Assembly: GCA_024679065.1 (NCBI GenBank)
Contig: JAGIQG010000026.1
Location: 22,940,001-23,004,000, forward strand
Length of the DNA: 64,000 bases
Origin: Sphyrna mokarran
Taxonomy: Eukaryota
Reading direction: 5' to 3'
The notes beneath the pieces are model-generated. The model was given only the letters and a program-made list of their open reading frames with translations. It was not told the origin of the DNA and did not search any database. Position numbers and translations under genes: made by a program. Positions 63,362 through 64,000 of this stretch are shown here, in pieces; the first letter of the stretch is position 1, and each line of letters opens with the position of its first letter.

Positions 63362-63975
63362 ACAAAAAAATAGAAGATGCTGAAAATACTCAGCAATATC
63401 TCTGGAGAAAGAAACAAGGTTAACATTTCAAGTCAATTACCTTTTGTCAGAAATGGAATAATGCGACATGTTTTGTGCAATTACAGAAACAAAGGGATAG
63501 AATGGTGGGAAGAAAACAAATGGAAAGGTCTGATTGAAGGTGACAGGTTAAGAGTTACATCTCAAATATTTTCCAGTTCAGGGAATGGCTGTGCTTGAGA
63601 TATCACCCTGTTTGCCATGGGAATAGGAGCGGGCAAGGGGTGGATAATGAGAAGATTCATTGACCCCCGGGCCGGTTTCAGCCCCAGGTAGTATGTTTCC
63701 CGGCAGTGGTGGCAATTCACCATTGGCTGGTGGCCGGCTCTTCTAGTTCCATTGATGTTTACAGCCTTCTACTGCTAGGAGAGGTCTGGGTGGGGGTGGG
63801 GGGGAGGACAGAGAGAGAGAAGGGAGGGTTGCTGCCATCAACAGGACTCGAAAATCCCATCAGCAGAAAGAGCCAGAGAAATTCTGCTTTCTGTTTTTCT
63901 CTCTCCACTAGCTAAGTATTTACAATATTTCTTTTGTGCTTGTTTCAGATTTCCAGCATCTGCAGTGTTCTGCTA
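63362..63975. mobile_element. Older inverted pair of Penelope-like pLTR fragments (second family) with a MITE-like block between them
   Basis: GATGCTGAAAATACTCAGC...GGAGAAAGAAACAAGGTTAACATTTCAAGTC...TTTTGTCAGAA (minus arm) and CTGTTTTTCTCTCTCCAC...GCTAAGTATTT...TTTCAGATTTCCAGCATCTGCAG (plus arm). Confidence 0.6.
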
Positions 63976-64000
63976 TGATTGGTCGCTGCTGTTTGTAGGA

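Overview
Eukaryotic, AT-rich, repeat-dense vertebrate DNA, almost certainly from a shark or other elasmobranch (HE1-type V-SINEs, CR1/L2 LINEs, Penelope-like elements). The only host coding sequence I can support is a 532-bp minus-strand exon (41473-42004, canonical AG/GT ends) encoding the DNA-binding/dimerisation domain of a Nuclear Factor I gene, most similar to NFIC. The rest appears to be intron 2 (1-41472) and intron 1 (42005-64000); I found no other NFI exon. The most unusual structures are: (i) a 195-bp palindromic Penelope-derived element at 39603-39797 with a perfect 10-bp target-site duplication, made of two back-to-back minimal hammerhead-ribozyme motifs, one with an intact core in the sense of the NFI pre-mRNA, plus two larger inverted Penelope pairs; (ii) a CpG-rich chimeric CR1 3' end containing a V-SINE core; (iii) a 5'-half tRNA-Ser(GCT) copy head-to-head with a SINE; (iv) V-SINEs with two different 3' tails that match different LINEs in the window; (v) features that could yield a circular or truncated DNA-binding-domain-only NFI product. 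Repeat family names rest on recalled consensus motifs, not database searches, and many repeat boundaries are approximate.
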